DNA of 64,000 bases from Candidatus Omnitrophota bacterium (GCA_030650275.1 JAUSEK010000011.1:9890-73889); one strand, 5' to 3'. Numbered from the stretch's first letter, positions 49,814-62,435 are shown. Notes: generated from the letters alone by a model not told the origin. Numbers and translations are program-made.

Positions 49814-50742
49814 ACATTGTTTTTTTTGGCAGCGGTGATTTCGCGGCCACGCATTTGAACCGTTTGCTGGCATCCGGCCATCGTGTCGCCGGATGCGTGA
49901 CCAAGGTGGATAAACCGCAGGGCCGCGGCCTGCGCATGGTCCTTTCACCGGTCAAAGAGATCGCTTTGGCCAACGGCATTGCGCATCTTGCGCCGGAAAC
50001 ATTCAAAGACCCGTCGGTGATCGAGCGCCTAAAGGCATTCACAGCGGATCTTTTCGTGGTGGTCGCCTATGGCAAGATCCTGACGCCGCAAATTTTGTCT
50101 ATCCCAAAAATATTTTGCGTGAACGTGCACGGGTCGCTCTTGCCCAAATACCGCGGGGCAGCGCCTATCAACTGGGCCATTGTCAACGGCGAACAGAAAA
50201 CCGGTGTTACGGTCATGAAAATGACCGTGCCCATGGACGCGGGGGACGTGATCGCCCAGGAAATGATGGACATAGGGCCGCAGATGACGTCTGTTGAATT
50301 GCGCGCGGCCATGGCCCGGCGCGGGGCGGAACTTTTAGTCAAAACGCTGGATGCCATCGCGCAGGGAAAACATCAACTGACGCCCCAAGACCACGCGCAG
50401 GCGACGTTCGCGCCAAAATTGACAAAAGAGATGGGGAAAATTACCTGGTCGAGGACGGCCGCGGATATTGACCATCAGATCCGCGGCCTTCAGCCCTGGC
50501 CCGGGGCGTATGCGTTTCATCATGGAAAAACGGTGAAGATACTGAAAGCAGTGCCAGGCGCGTCATCGGCGCAAAAGGCCCAGCCGGGACAGGTTTTGTC
50601 TGTGGACAAAACAGGAATTACCGTCGCGTGCGGGCAAGGAGCGCTCGTTCTTAAGGAAGTCCTTCCCGAGGCCGGCAAACCCATGCCTGCCGCTGCCTTT
50701 GCCGCCGGTCACAGGATCGCGGCGGGTACAATTTTAAACTAA
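49810..50742 (+). CDS. fmt: Methionyl-tRNA formyltransferase
   Basis: IVFFGSGDFA N-terminus, formyltransferase core NVHGSLLPKYRGAAPI. Confidence 0.9.
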   Translation: MNIVFFGSGDFAATHLNRLLASGHRVAGCVTKVDKPQGRGLRMVLSPVKEIALANGIAHLAPETFKDPSVIERLKAFTADLFVVVAYGKILTPQILSIPKIFCVNVHGSLLPKYRGAAPINWAIVNGEQKTGVTVMKMTVPMDAGDVIAQEMMDIGPQMTSVELRAAMARRGAELLVKTLDAIAQGKHQLTPQDHAQATFAPKLTKEMGKITWSRTAADIDHQIRGLQPWPGAYAFHHGKTVKILKAVPGASSAQKAQPGQVLSVDKTGITVACGQGALVLKEVLPEAGKPMPAAAFAAGHRIAAGTILN

Positions 50743-50782
50743 TTCATCCGGCCGTATTTGGCCTTGTGTTATAATTTGCCCT

Positions 50783-51772
50783 ATGCCTGAATTGCGCAAA
50801 GATCCCGTTGTCAGCCGCTGGGTCATCATCGCCACCGAACGCGCCCGCCGTCCGGCGGCTTTTGTGGACCCTGTTGAACATACAACGCCCGCCGACACTT
50901 GTCCGTTCTGCAAAGGCGAACAGGCCGAACAGGTTTATGCCTATGACGGGGTGCGCGTGGTCAAAAGCGGCACGCCGTTCTTTAATTCCGCCGCGTCTTT
51001 CGCCCCGCGTGTCCACGGCCTTTATGAGGTTTGCCCCAGTTACGGCGCCCACGAGGTCGTGATCGAAACGCCGCAGCATATCGCTAACATGGCGGACCTG
51101 CCCGTCGAGCAGATCAAGAACGTTTTTGCCACCTACGCGCTGCGCATGCGTCATCATCAGCAGGATGCGGCCGTCAAATACGTCCTTGCTTATAAGAACT
51201 ACGGCCTTGCCGCGGGAAGCCGCGACATCGGCCACACCCGTTCGCAGATCATGGCCGTGCCTGTTTTGCCCATCCGCGTTAAAGACAAGATCATCGGCGC
51301 CAAACGGTATTTTGATTTTCACGAGCGCTGCCTGTTCGAGGACCTTGTCCAGCAGGAACGCAGGGAGAGGGAACGGGTGGTCCTGGAAACGGACAATTTC
51401 ATCGCGTTCACGCCGTTTGCCGCGCGTTTTCCCTTTGAGACCTGGATCGTCCCCAAACGTCATCATTGGGATTTTGCCCAGGGGGTCGCAGGCCTCGAGG
51501 GAGAACTGGCGATGGTCATGAAGATCCTTTTGTTGAAATTCAAAACGGGCCTTCATGACCCCGCGTATAATTTTGTCATCCATTCCGCGCCTTTTGAAGG
51601 CGGGAAGCCGGATTCAGTGAAGTATCCGACGATCTGCGAGGATTACCGCTGGCACATTGAACTGATGCCGCGCTTGACAAGGGTGGCCGGTTTTGAGCGG
51701 GGCACGGGTTTTTACATTTGCCCCATCCCGCCGGAAATGGCCGCGAAATTTTTACGTGAGGTGCAGGCCTGA
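50783..51772 (+). CDS. GalT-family (HIT-like) hexose-1-phosphate nucleotidyltransferase paralog 1; active-site HxHxQ replaced by GHTRSQ
   Basis: Zn motif CPFC, GalT fold; second (nucleophilic) His of HxHxQ is Arg. Confidence 0.65.
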   Translation: MPELRKDPVVSRWVIIATERARRPAAFVDPVEHTTPADTCPFCKGEQAEQVYAYDGVRVVKSGTPFFNSAASFAPRVHGLYEVCPSYGAHEVVIETPQHIANMADLPVEQIKNVFATYALRMRHHQQDAAVKYVLAYKNYGLAAGSRDIGHTRSQIMAVPVLPIRVKDKIIGAKRYFDFHERCLFEDLVQQERRERERVVLETDNFIAFTPFAARFPFETWIVPKRHHWDFAQGVAGLEGELAMVMKILLLKFKTGLHDPAYNFVIHSAPFEGGKPDSVKYPTICEDYRWHIELMPRLTRVAGFERGTGFYICPIPPEMAAKFLREVQA

Positions 51773-52773
51773 TGCCGGAATTGCGCAGAGATCCGATCGC
51801 GGGACGCTGGGTGGTCATGGACACCGACCATCCCAAAGGTCCTGGGGATTTTCTCAAGGAGGACAATGCCCCCTGCCGCCAGGCCATTTGTCAATTTTGT
51901 CCGGGCAGGGAGCATTTCACCCCGCCGGAAACAGATGCCCTGCGCCCCGAGCACAGCGGCCCCAACACCCCCGGATGGATGGTGCGCACGGTCCCCAATA
52001 AATTCCCGGCGCTGACCAATGCCGGCGCGGTGGGAAAACAGGGGCAGGGGATGTTTGACGTGATGAGCGGGGTGGGGGTCCATGAGGTCATCATTGAAAC
52101 GCCGGACCACGACAAGGGCCTCGCGGACCTTTCGGCGCAGGAAATGTCCTTTGTCATCAGCCAATACCAGAGCCGTTTGCGGGTGCTGGCCAAAGATCCC
52201 CGCCATAAATATGTCTGTATTTTTAAGAATTTCGGCGCCTCCGCGGGAGCCACCGTTGAGCATGCGCACAGCCAGGCCATCGCCCTGCCCATGGTGCCCA
52301 AGTCCGTTTTGGAGGAGATCAACGGGGCCGAGGGGTATTACGACCGCCGCGGCCGTTGTGTTTTTTGCGATATCATTCATCAGGAATACGAGGACAAGGA
52401 ACGCATCGTCGGCGAGAACAACGCGTTTTTGGCTTTTTGTCCGTATGCCCCGCGTTATGCCTTTGAGACATGGATCATCCCCAAAAGCCATGGCGCAGAT
52501 TTCGCGGACATGGACGCTGGGACGGCCGAAGCGCTGGCCGTCCACCTTCTGGACGTGCTGCGGCGCATCCGCAAGACCTTGTCCAACCCTTCTTATAATT
52601 TCTATCTGCACACATCCCCGGTCCATTATGCCAGGCCGGACTGTTACCACTGGCATATTGAGATCATCCCCAAACTCACCCGCAGTATCGGCTTTGAGTG
52701 GGGGACAGGCCTGCACATCGTCCCCACCGCCCCGCACGACGCTGCTCGTGAATTAAGGGGACACCCACCGTAA
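51772..52773 (+). CDS. galT: GalT-family hexose-1-phosphate nucleotidyltransferase paralog 2 (intact EHAHSQ)
   Basis: CQFCPG Zn motif, FKNFGASAGATVEHAHSQ active-site region; start ATG overlaps stop of paralog 1; stop codon lies inside REP element. Confidence 0.7.
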   Translation: MPELRRDPIAGRWVVMDTDHPKGPGDFLKEDNAPCRQAICQFCPGREHFTPPETDALRPEHSGPNTPGWMVRTVPNKFPALTNAGAVGKQGQGMFDVMSGVGVHEVIIETPDHDKGLADLSAQEMSFVISQYQSRLRVLAKDPRHKYVCIFKNFGASAGATVEHAHSQAIALPMVPKSVLEEINGAEGYYDRRGRCVFCDIIHQEYEDKERIVGENNAFLAFCPYAPRYAFETWIIPKSHGADFADMDAGTAEALAVHLLDVLRRIRKTLSNPSYNFYLHTSPVHYARPDCYHWHIEIIPKLTRSIGFEWGTGLHIVPTAPHDAARELRGHPP

Positions 52774-52805
52774 CCCGAATTAATTAAGGTTACGGTGGAT
52801 GTTCC
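52757..52805 (+). repeat. REP doublet (inverted pair) GGGGACACCCACCGTAACC-CGAATTAATTAA-GGTTACGGTGGATGTTCC
   Basis: Palindromic; same family as 53526 and 54253 copies. Confidence 0.6.
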
Positions 52806-52954
52806 AATAATTGACTTATTAAGTCCGCGATGATACAGTAGTGCTGTTAAGCAGTCTTCCGGTTCCCCGCTGGAACGCAGTTTGTACAAACTCCCCGCAT
52901 AGATGATCGTTGCATCCATTTCTATTCATTTTTAATCTTTTCAAGGGGTATTCC

Positions 52955-53515
52955 ATGCAAAAACGAGGCGTTAAGAAGAACTCTGTAGCGGTTGAGATCA
53001 TCCAGAGCAAGATCTGCTTGGTTCGTGGGCATAAGGTCATGCTTGATAAAGACCTGGCGGAAATGTACGGCGTGTCTACCAGGCGGTTAAAAGAGCAGGT
53101 CCGCAGGAATCTTAAGCGATTTCCGGAGGATTTTATGTTTGAGCTGACTTGGGATGAGGCGATGTTTTCAAGGTCGCAATTTGCGACCTTGAATCAAGGG
53201 CGGAATATCAAGTATTTGCCATACGCTTTTACAGAGCAGGGCGTTGCCATGCTGTCCAGCGTGCTGAATAGCGACAGGGCCATCGAGGTCAATATTCAGA
53301 TCATGCGGGTTTTTGTAAGGTTGAAAGAGTTGATAATGTCCCGTAAAGACCTGGCCCGCAAGATCGTAGACCTGGAGAGGAAATTCGGTGAGCATGACGC
53401 AAAGATCATCCACATATTTGATGCGATCCGGCAGTTGATGGCCGTGCCTGACAGGCGGGACGGTTATAAAAGGACAAAAATAGGTTTTATTGTGGACCGC
53501 TCTACACCGGCGTGA
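52955..53515 (+). CDS. ORF6N-domain protein (KilA-N-related/antirepressor-like)
   Basis: IIQSKICLVRGHKVMLDKDLAEMYGV...YAFTEQGVAMLSSVLNS conserved ORF6N pattern; RBS AAGGGG. Confidence 0.55.
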   Translation: MQKRGVKKNSVAVEIIQSKICLVRGHKVMLDKDLAEMYGVSTRRLKEQVRRNLKRFPEDFMFELTWDEAMFSRSQFATLNQGRNIKYLPYAFTEQGVAMLSSVLNSDRAIEVNIQIMRVFVRLKELIMSRKDLARKIVDLERKFGEHDAKIIHIFDAIRQLMAVPDRRDGYKRTKIGFIVDRSTPA

Positions 53516-53525
53516 GAGTAGTTCT

Positions 53526-53575
53526 GGGGACACCCACCGTAACCCGAACTAATTAAGGTTATGGTGGGTGTCCCC
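53526..53575 (+). repeat. REP doublet GGGGACACCCACCGTAACC-CGAACTAATTAA-GGTTATGGTGGGTGTCCCC (19-bp arms)
   Basis: Near-perfect palindrome 30 bp upstream of RAYT start. Confidence 0.65.
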
Positions 53576-53605
53576 GTAATTGCCAACCATTTACAAGGGG
53601 GATTT

Positions 53606-54280
53606 ATGTCCAGAATCGCGCGCATTGAAATCATCGGATATCCTTATCACGTTGTCCAGCGGGGCAATCGCAACCAGAAAGTTTTTATTAAAGGCGGCGA
53701 TAAAGCCAGGTATCTGCATATTTTAAAAGTTCAGGCGGATCTGTTCGGTGTGGATATTTGGGCGTATTGTTTGATGGACAATCACGTGCATTTGATCGTC
53801 ATGCCCAAGCAAAAGGGGGCTTTGACGGAATGCATCAGTGAAACGCACCGGTCGTATACGCGCATGGTCAACTTCCGTGAAGATTGGCGGGGCCATTTGT
53901 GGCAGGGAAGGTTTAGGAGTTATCCGATGGACGCAAGATATTTATGGGCAGCGGTGCGGTATGTGGAACGCAATCCCGTAAGGGCCGGCATCGTTGATAA
54001 AGCCGAAGATTATTCTTGGTCGAGTGCGAAGGCCCATGTTAAGCGACAGAAGGATGAGGTATTAAACCATTTTTATTTATTGGATGAGATCAGAGATTGG
54101 GGATCGTATTTATCAGAAGCCGATGAACAGAAAAGTCTGAAATCTTTGGAGACGCATCAGCGAACAGGAAGGCCGTTGGGAGATAAAGCGTTCGTTGATG
54201 ATCTGGAAATAAGAACCGGTCGAGTCTTGGCTAAGAGAAAACCAGGACCAGCAATTAAGGTTACGGTGGGTGTCCCCTAA
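53606..54280 (+). CDS. REP-associated tyrosine transposase (RAYT; IS200/IS605 TnpA-like HUH enzyme)
   Basis: YPYHVVQRGNRNQKVF, HUH motif HVHLIV, conserved downstream Tyr region; flanked by inverted REPs, 3' end overlaps a REP. Confidence 0.7.
   Translation: MSRIARIEIIGYPYHVVQRGNRNQKVFIKGGDKARYLHILKVQADLFGVDIWAYCLMDNHVHLIVMPKQKGALTECISETHRSYTRMVNFREDWRGHLWQGRFRSYPMDARYLWAAVRYVERNPVRAGIVDKAEDYSWSSAKAHVKRQKDEVLNHFYLLDEIRDWGSYLSEADEQKSLKSLETHQRTGRPLGDKAFVDDLEIRTGRVLAKRKPGPAIKVTVGVP
54253..54277 (+). repeat. REP unit AATTAAGGTTACGGTGGGTGTCCCC at RAYT 3' end, followed by CCCCTAATCT x2
   Basis: Identical to right arm of 53526 doublet. Confidence 0.6.
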
Positions 54281-54345
54281 TCTCCCCTAATCTCTTGACA
54301 AAATTTTGCAGTTGGATATTATTGTAAGGTTTCTTAACACCATAA

Positions 54346-57727
<3,382 letters not shown>

Positions 57728-57731
<4 letters not shown>

Positions 57732-58099
57732 CGGCCAATAAGGACAAGAGTTATGTGTGGCACAAACAGTCGTTCGCTCCCGACTGCGCAACGATAGACT
57801 GTTCTGTTCATGACCCGTATAAGGATTTTCATAGGGACCCGTCTGGTTTTTACGCGCTCATCCGTCCGGATTTTACAGCGATGAAGATCGAGGTCGCTGT
57901 TTGCAACGCAAAGCATGTGATCGTCAAGATTTTTCGCGGTTCGAAAGTGCAGGACCTGTACGAGGGCATTTTCCGGTACGAAAAGAAACACCGGCTGGCG
58001 TGGTTTAAGGACAAAGGCCATTGCGCTTATTTAGGGAAGGAATTAAAGAAAGCGGAACTGGCTTTGGCGTTGGGTCAAAATAACTATTTCCAAGAATGA
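57728..58099 (+). CDS. Small conserved hypothetical protein (Cys/His-containing, ~123 aa)
   Basis: Start ATG overlaps metE stop (ATGA); no confident family assignment. Confidence 0.4.
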
Positions 58100-58620
58100 C
58101 CCGGTCTGCTATAATAAAAAATATGTTGGCATTCTTACTTGTCTTTTTGGGGGTTGCTTCGCGTTTGGCCGTGCATACGCCGCAGTTCACTGCCATTTTG
58201 GCGGTGGCCATGTTCGGCGGCATGTATTTATCGCGCCGTCAGGCCCTGATCGTTCCCGTCGCGCTGATGATCATCACCGACGCGGTCCTTGGATTTCACG
58301 ACACCATGGTTTTTACGTGGGGGGGCATGCTGGCCATCAGCGCCATCGGCGTGTGGCTGAAAGACCATAAAAGTTTTGGTACGGTCTTTGCCGGCAGTAT
58401 TTTATCCGCGGTGGTATTTTTCATCGTGACGAATTTCGGCGCGTGGCTCTCGCCGCTGTATCCGCATACTTGGGCGGGCCTGCGCGAATGTTACATTTTG
58501 GCCATCCCGTTCTTTAGAAGTACACTGGCTTCAACAGTGGCGTACAGTATGGTGTTGTACGCCGGTTATGAGTGGGCTTTCAAACGCAGTCAGGGCACAG
58601 CCCTGGCGCGGCTGTTCTAG
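58096..58620 (+). CDS. Small 5-TM membrane protein, possible vitamin-uptake S-component-like protein
   Basis: Hydrophobic helices; ATGA overlap with upstream ORF; context adjacent to cobalamin riboswitch/btuB. Confidence 0.35.
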   Translation: MTRSAIIKNMLAFLLVFLGVASRLAVHTPQFTAILAVAMFGGMYLSRRQALIVPVALMIITDAVLGFHDTMVFTWGGMLAISAIGVWLKDHKSFGTVFAGSILSAVVFFIVTNFGAWLSPLYPHTWAGLRECYILAIPFFRSTLASTVAYSMVLYAGYEWAFKRSQGTALARLF

Positions 58621-58630
58621 AAAATAGCAT

Positions 58631-58785
58631 ACCTGTCAGGGAAATCCCGTGCGAACCGGGAACAGTCCCGCTGCGGTGATTTCGCCCATGAGGGGCGGAC
58701 TAGTCCGAACACTTGACGGTATTTAAAGCGATTACCCGCGAGAGACGGGGGTAAGAGCGCCATATATTGAGTTGGTCACAGGGAG
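58631..58785 (+). promoter_or_regulatory. Cobalamin (AdoCbl) riboswitch aptamer
   Basis: AGGGAAAUCCCGUGCGAACCGGGAACAGUCCCGCUGCGGUGA closely parallels E. coli btuB leader core AGGGAAUCCAGUGCGAAUCUGGAGCUGACGCGCAGCGGUAA; upstream of TonB-dependent receptor. Confidence 0.7.
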
Positions 58786-58825
58786 ACCCTCGATCGTTTT
58801 GTTACGGTCGAGGGTTATTTTATTG
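58786..58825 (+). terminator. Riboswitch expression-platform intrinsic terminator (ACCCTCGATCG-loop-CGGTCGAGGGT + T-rich tract)
   Basis: 10-bp stem followed by TATTTTATTG. Confidence 0.5.
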
Positions 58826-58850
58826 TAGGGGCGGGGAACCCCGCCCCTAC
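58825..58850 (+). repeat. GC-rich palindromic hairpin GTAGGGGCGGGG-AA-CCCCGCCCCTAC (second family member; cf. 8583)
   Basis: Perfect 12-bp arms, immediately upstream of RBS AAGGAG of btuB-like gene. Confidence 0.5.
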
Positions 58851-58863
58851 GTAAGGAGATGAT

Positions 58864-60846
58864 ATGTATTGGATGGTTTGTATGTTGTGTTTATTGTTTT
58901 CCACCAACGCTTACGCTGATATGGTTGATCTGGATAAGATCGTCGTCATCTCCAGCCGCCTGGCCCAAAATGATTACAAATTGTCTTCTGACGTCACAGT
59001 CATTGACCAAGACACGATCGAAGCGTCCAACGCCAGCACGGTCGCCCAGATCCTGTCACAACAATTGGGCGTCAATATTTATGATAACGGGACCGTCAAG
59101 ACAGCCACTATTGATATCCGGGGATTCGGCGATACGGCCAGCCGCAATGTGCTGGTGCTGGTCAATGACCGCAAGGTGAACCCGGTGGATATTTCCGGGC
59201 CGGACTTGCTGCAGATCCCTTTGGATTCCGTCCAGCGCATTGAGATCGTCCGGGGTTTTGGGACCGTCCTCTATGGAGACAATGCTGTCGGCGGGGTGGT
59301 CAACATCATTACGAAAGAGGGTCAAGGAAAATTATCCGGTAAGATCAGCGGCACCTATGGCAGCTATGACAGCAGAGGCACCAGCGCCGAAGTTTCCGGC
59401 AGTACCAAACATATATCGTATTATGCCTATTCGGATTATGATGACCAGCACGGGTACCGCCAGAACAGCGATGTGTTGAGTAAGAATTTTCAGACACGTT
59501 TAAGTTCCAAGGTTTCAGATTGGTTTAAAATCGGGGTGGATGCGACATGGCATCAGGACGCGTATGGCCTTCCCGGAGGGCTTAGCGGCGCCCAACTGGA
59601 ACAATACGGCCGGCGCGGCACCCGGAATCCTTCCGACAAGGCGTCCACCAAAGATCGGTCCGTCCAGACCACGTTTGATATAAGCCCCTTGAATGAAGAT
59701 CTGGGCCATTTGGTCATGGATGTTTCCTACCGCGACCGGGACACCTATGCGGACTTTCAAAGCCAGGGCACAGACACCAAGCGCGACAGCAATACAACCG
59801 GCATCACCGGAAAATATATTTTTGACAAGACGATCTTTGACCATGAGGTGAACCTGGTCACCGGATTTGATCATTACAATACGGACCAGGACATCCTGGG
59901 CGGCGGTTTTAGTTCCGATGACATCACCATTTCCAAAAGGGAATACGGGGCCTATATATCCAGTGAGTTTGAAATAGGGAACCACGTATTTTTGACGGGT
60001 GGTACCCGGTATCAAAAAGCATACTATACGTTCAATCAAAAGAACGCGCCGCAAAGTTATCAGAAACAAGCGCCGGACAAACAGGCCTCCATGGTCGGTT
60101 TAAAATACGAATATGCCAAGGGTTCCAATATGTTTGCCAATATGCAGCAGAGTTTTCGTTTTTTGGCGACCGATGAATGGTATAGCACGTTCACGGGATT
60201 GAACACCGGCCTTAAACAACAGACCGGTACACAGTATGAAGCCGGGATCAAGCATAACTTTAAAGACGCGGTGACCGTTCATGTGACGCCGTACATCACA
60301 AAGTTAAGGAACGAGATCTTTGTAGATCCGACGGCCGGAGGGGGTTTTGGCGACAACAGCAATTATGACCGCACCTTGCGGCGCGGCATTGAAATAGGCC
60401 AGACCACCGATGTGTTGAAATTCCTGCCGGAGCTGGCGCATGTCAACACGATCGGCTTGTCCACCAGCTATAATTATCAAGACGCGGAATTTGACGGCGG
60501 GGCCTTTGACGGCCACCGGATCCCCATGGTGGCCAAAAACCAGGCCAATGCGGTGTTGACGTTAGGGATGTTTGACCATTACAGCGCGTCCCTGATCGGC
60601 ACCTATGTGGGATCGAGATTTGCCATCAATGATACGAATAATACCACGCCTGCGCTCAAACAGTATTTTACATTAGACGGCAAATTGACCTGCAACCGTG
60701 ACCCGCTGGAGATCTTTTTTGCGGTGAACAATATTTTTGAACAGAAGTATTTTTCCACCGCCGTGAAATCCACCAATTCCAATAATAAGGATTTCTTTCC
60801 GGCGCCGGAACGCAGTTTCACGGTGGGGATGAGCGTAAAGTTTTAG
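58864..60846 (+). CDS. btuB: TonB-dependent outer-membrane receptor, BtuB-like (vitamin B12 uptake)
   Basis: Signal peptide, TonB box DKIVVISSR, plug+barrel, C-terminal ...VKF; preceded by cobalamin riboswitch. Confidence 0.8.
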   Translation: MYWMVCMLCLLFSTNAYADMVDLDKIVVISSRLAQNDYKLSSDVTVIDQDTIEASNASTVAQILSQQLGVNIYDNGTVKTATIDIRGFGDTASRNVLVLVNDRKVNPVDISGPDLLQIPLDSVQRIEIVRGFGTVLYGDNAVGGVVNIITKEGQGKLSGKISGTYGSYDSRGTSAEVSGSTKHISYYAYSDYDDQHGYRQNSDVLSKNFQTRLSSKVSDWFKIGVDATWHQDAYGLPGGLSGAQLEQYGRRGTRNPSDKASTKDRSVQTTFDISPLNEDLGHLVMDVSYRDRDTYADFQSQGTDTKRDSNTTGITGKYIFDKTIFDHEVNLVTGFDHYNTDQDILGGGFSSDDITISKREYGAYISSEFEIGNHVFLTGGTRYQKAYYTFNQKNAPQSYQKQAPDKQASMVGLKYEYAKGSNMFANMQQSFRFLATDEWYSTFTGLNTGLKQQTGTQYEAGIKHNFKDAVTVHVTPYITKLRNEIFVDPTAGGGFGDNSNYDRTLRRGIEIGQTTDVLKFLPELAHVNTIGLSTSYNYQDAEFDGGAFDGHRIPMVAKNQANAVLTLGMFDHYSASLIGTYVGSRFAINDTNNTTPALKQYFTLDGKLTCNRDPLEIFFAVNNIFEQKYFSTAVKSTNSNNKDFFPAPERSFTVGMSVKF

Positions 60847-61697
60847 CGAGAGATCTCTTTGAGAATAATGTCCGTGGGGGACAGTTTGTTAAGGGTATAA
60901 AAATGCAGGCCGGGGGCCCCGCCCTTCAGGAGTTCCCGGCATTGCGCGACGGTAAATTCGATCCCCGCTTCCAAAGTTTTCTGAGGGTCGTCCGCGAGGG
61001 GCTTAAAAATTTTATGGACCTGAGCCGGGATGGAAGCTCCGCAAAGTAAGCAAAATCTCACCAAAGCCTGATAATCCGTAATAGGTAAAATTCCGGGAAT
61101 AACGGGTTTGTTGACCCCTAACTTTTTTAGACGCGCGATATAATCAAAATAGTCCTGATTATTAAAAAAAAGTTGGGTGATGACATAATCCGCCCCCGCA
61201 TCGATCTTAGTTTTGAGATGTTGCGCGTCCATTTCGCGATTGAGGGCTAATATATGCCCCTCGGGAAACCCCGCCACGCCGATCGTGAAATGATTGCCGA
61301 AATGCTTGCGGATAAAAGCGACCAGGTCACTGCTGTAGCGGAAATTGTCCGGCCCCGCCTTCCAGTCCGGGTTTTCTTTGGGGGGGTCCCCGCGCAAAGC
61401 CAGCACGCGGCTGATCCCGCGGCGCTTCATGTCTTGCAATATGGCCTTGATCTCGTCTCTGGTATGCAGGACACAGGTCAAATGCGCCACCGCGGCCACA
61501 CCATGGGTTTTTTGGATATGCTCAACGATATCCAGCGTCTTGTCCCGGCTCCCGCCGCCGGCACCGTAGGTGCAGGAGATAAAATCGGGCTTAAGGGCGC
61601 ACAATTGCGCGATGGTCGCCAGCAGTTTTTCGTATCCCTCCGGCGTTTTGGGAGGGAAGAGCTCAAAAGAGATCATGGATGCCCGTTGGTTGGTCAT
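60843..61697 (-). CDS. metF: 5,10-methylenetetrahydrofolate reductase
   Basis: MISFELFPPKT...SCTYGAGGGSRDKT, HLTCV motifs; convergent with btuB, stop codons overlap. Confidence 0.85.
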   Translation of the reverse strand: MTNQRASMISFELFPPKTPEGYEKLLATIAQLCALKPDFISCTYGAGGGSRDKTLDIVEHIQKTHGVAAVAHLTCVLHTRDEIKAILQDMKRRGISRVLALRGDPPKENPDWKAGPDNFRYSSDLVAFIRKHFGNHFTIGVAGFPEGHILALNREMDAQHLKTKIDAGADYVITQLFFNNQDYFDYIARLKKLGVNKPVIPGILPITDYQALVRFCLLCGASIPAQVHKIFKPLADDPQKTLEAGIEFTVAQCRELLKGGAPGLHFYTLNKLSPTDIILKEISR

Positions 61698-61700
61698 TTT

Positions 61701-62435
61701 TTACCGGTATACGCCCTGCAAGATATTCCATTTTATTTTTAACAGCCCGGCCAGTGAGGTGAAGACGTTCCTCATGGGCCGCACGGCGGAGTCATGGTGA
61801 TGGTTCCAAGTCACGGGTATTTCACCGATGCGCAAATCATGGATGAGCGCGATCGCAATGAGATCCGTATCAAACGCCCAGTTCAAGATCTGTTGTTTTT
61901 TAAAAATAATGTCCGCTGCCTTCCGGTTGAACATCTTAAAACCGCAGGTAAAGTCCTTGATCTTTTTTCCGACACACCAGCGGGACAAAACGATAAAGCC
62001 CTTGCCCAAAAATCGTCTGTGCCAGGGTTGTTTGACCGTATGATCACCGGGCCTGGATTTGCGGTCCCCGATGATCATATCGTAGTCATCCTGACGCATG
62101 GCTTCAAGGAATTTGTCCATGGCATCCAGCGACGTGGACAGGTCCGCGTCCATGAACAACCTGTATCGGCCCGCGGCATGGAGCATCCCGTGGCGGACCG
62201 CAAAACCTTTGCCGCGGTTTTTTTCATAAGAAAGGACCTTGATACGGCTGCCGGCGCATTCCTGCATCCTGGATAAAGTGCTATCGACGGAGCCGTCATT
62301 GACGAGGATGATCTCATAGTTCAAACGCATGGCATCGCATTTTTGTTCAACCGCGCGGGTGTTGTCCCGGACCCTTTTTTCTTCATTGAAGGCGGGGATA
62401 ATGACCGAAAGGAAAATATCGTTGGCGTTGAACAT
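61701..62435 (-). CDS. GT2 glycosyltransferase, polyprenyl-phosphate sugar synthase (Dpm1/ArnC-like)
   Basis: SVIIPAFNEE...ILVNDGSVD...MDADLST motifs. Confidence 0.75.
   Translation of the reverse strand: MFNANDIFLSVIIPAFNEEKRVRDNTRAVEQKCDAMRLNYEIILVNDGSVDSTLSRMQECAGSRIKVLSYEKNRGKGFAVRHGMLHAAGRYRLFMDADLSTSLDAMDKFLEAMRQDDYDMIIGDRKSRPGDHTVKQPWHRRFLGKGFIVLSRWCVGKKIKDFTCGFKMFNRKAADIIFKKQQILNWAFDTDLIAIALIHDLRIGEIPVTWNHHHDSAVRPMRNVFTSLAGLLKIKWNILQGVYR

Noticed and set aside
54278-54296. Tandem CCCCTAATCT x2 after the RAYT
   Set aside because: Only two copies of a 9-10-mer. Most likely a by-product of REP-end duplication rather than a separate repeat class. It is mentioned within the REP feature.
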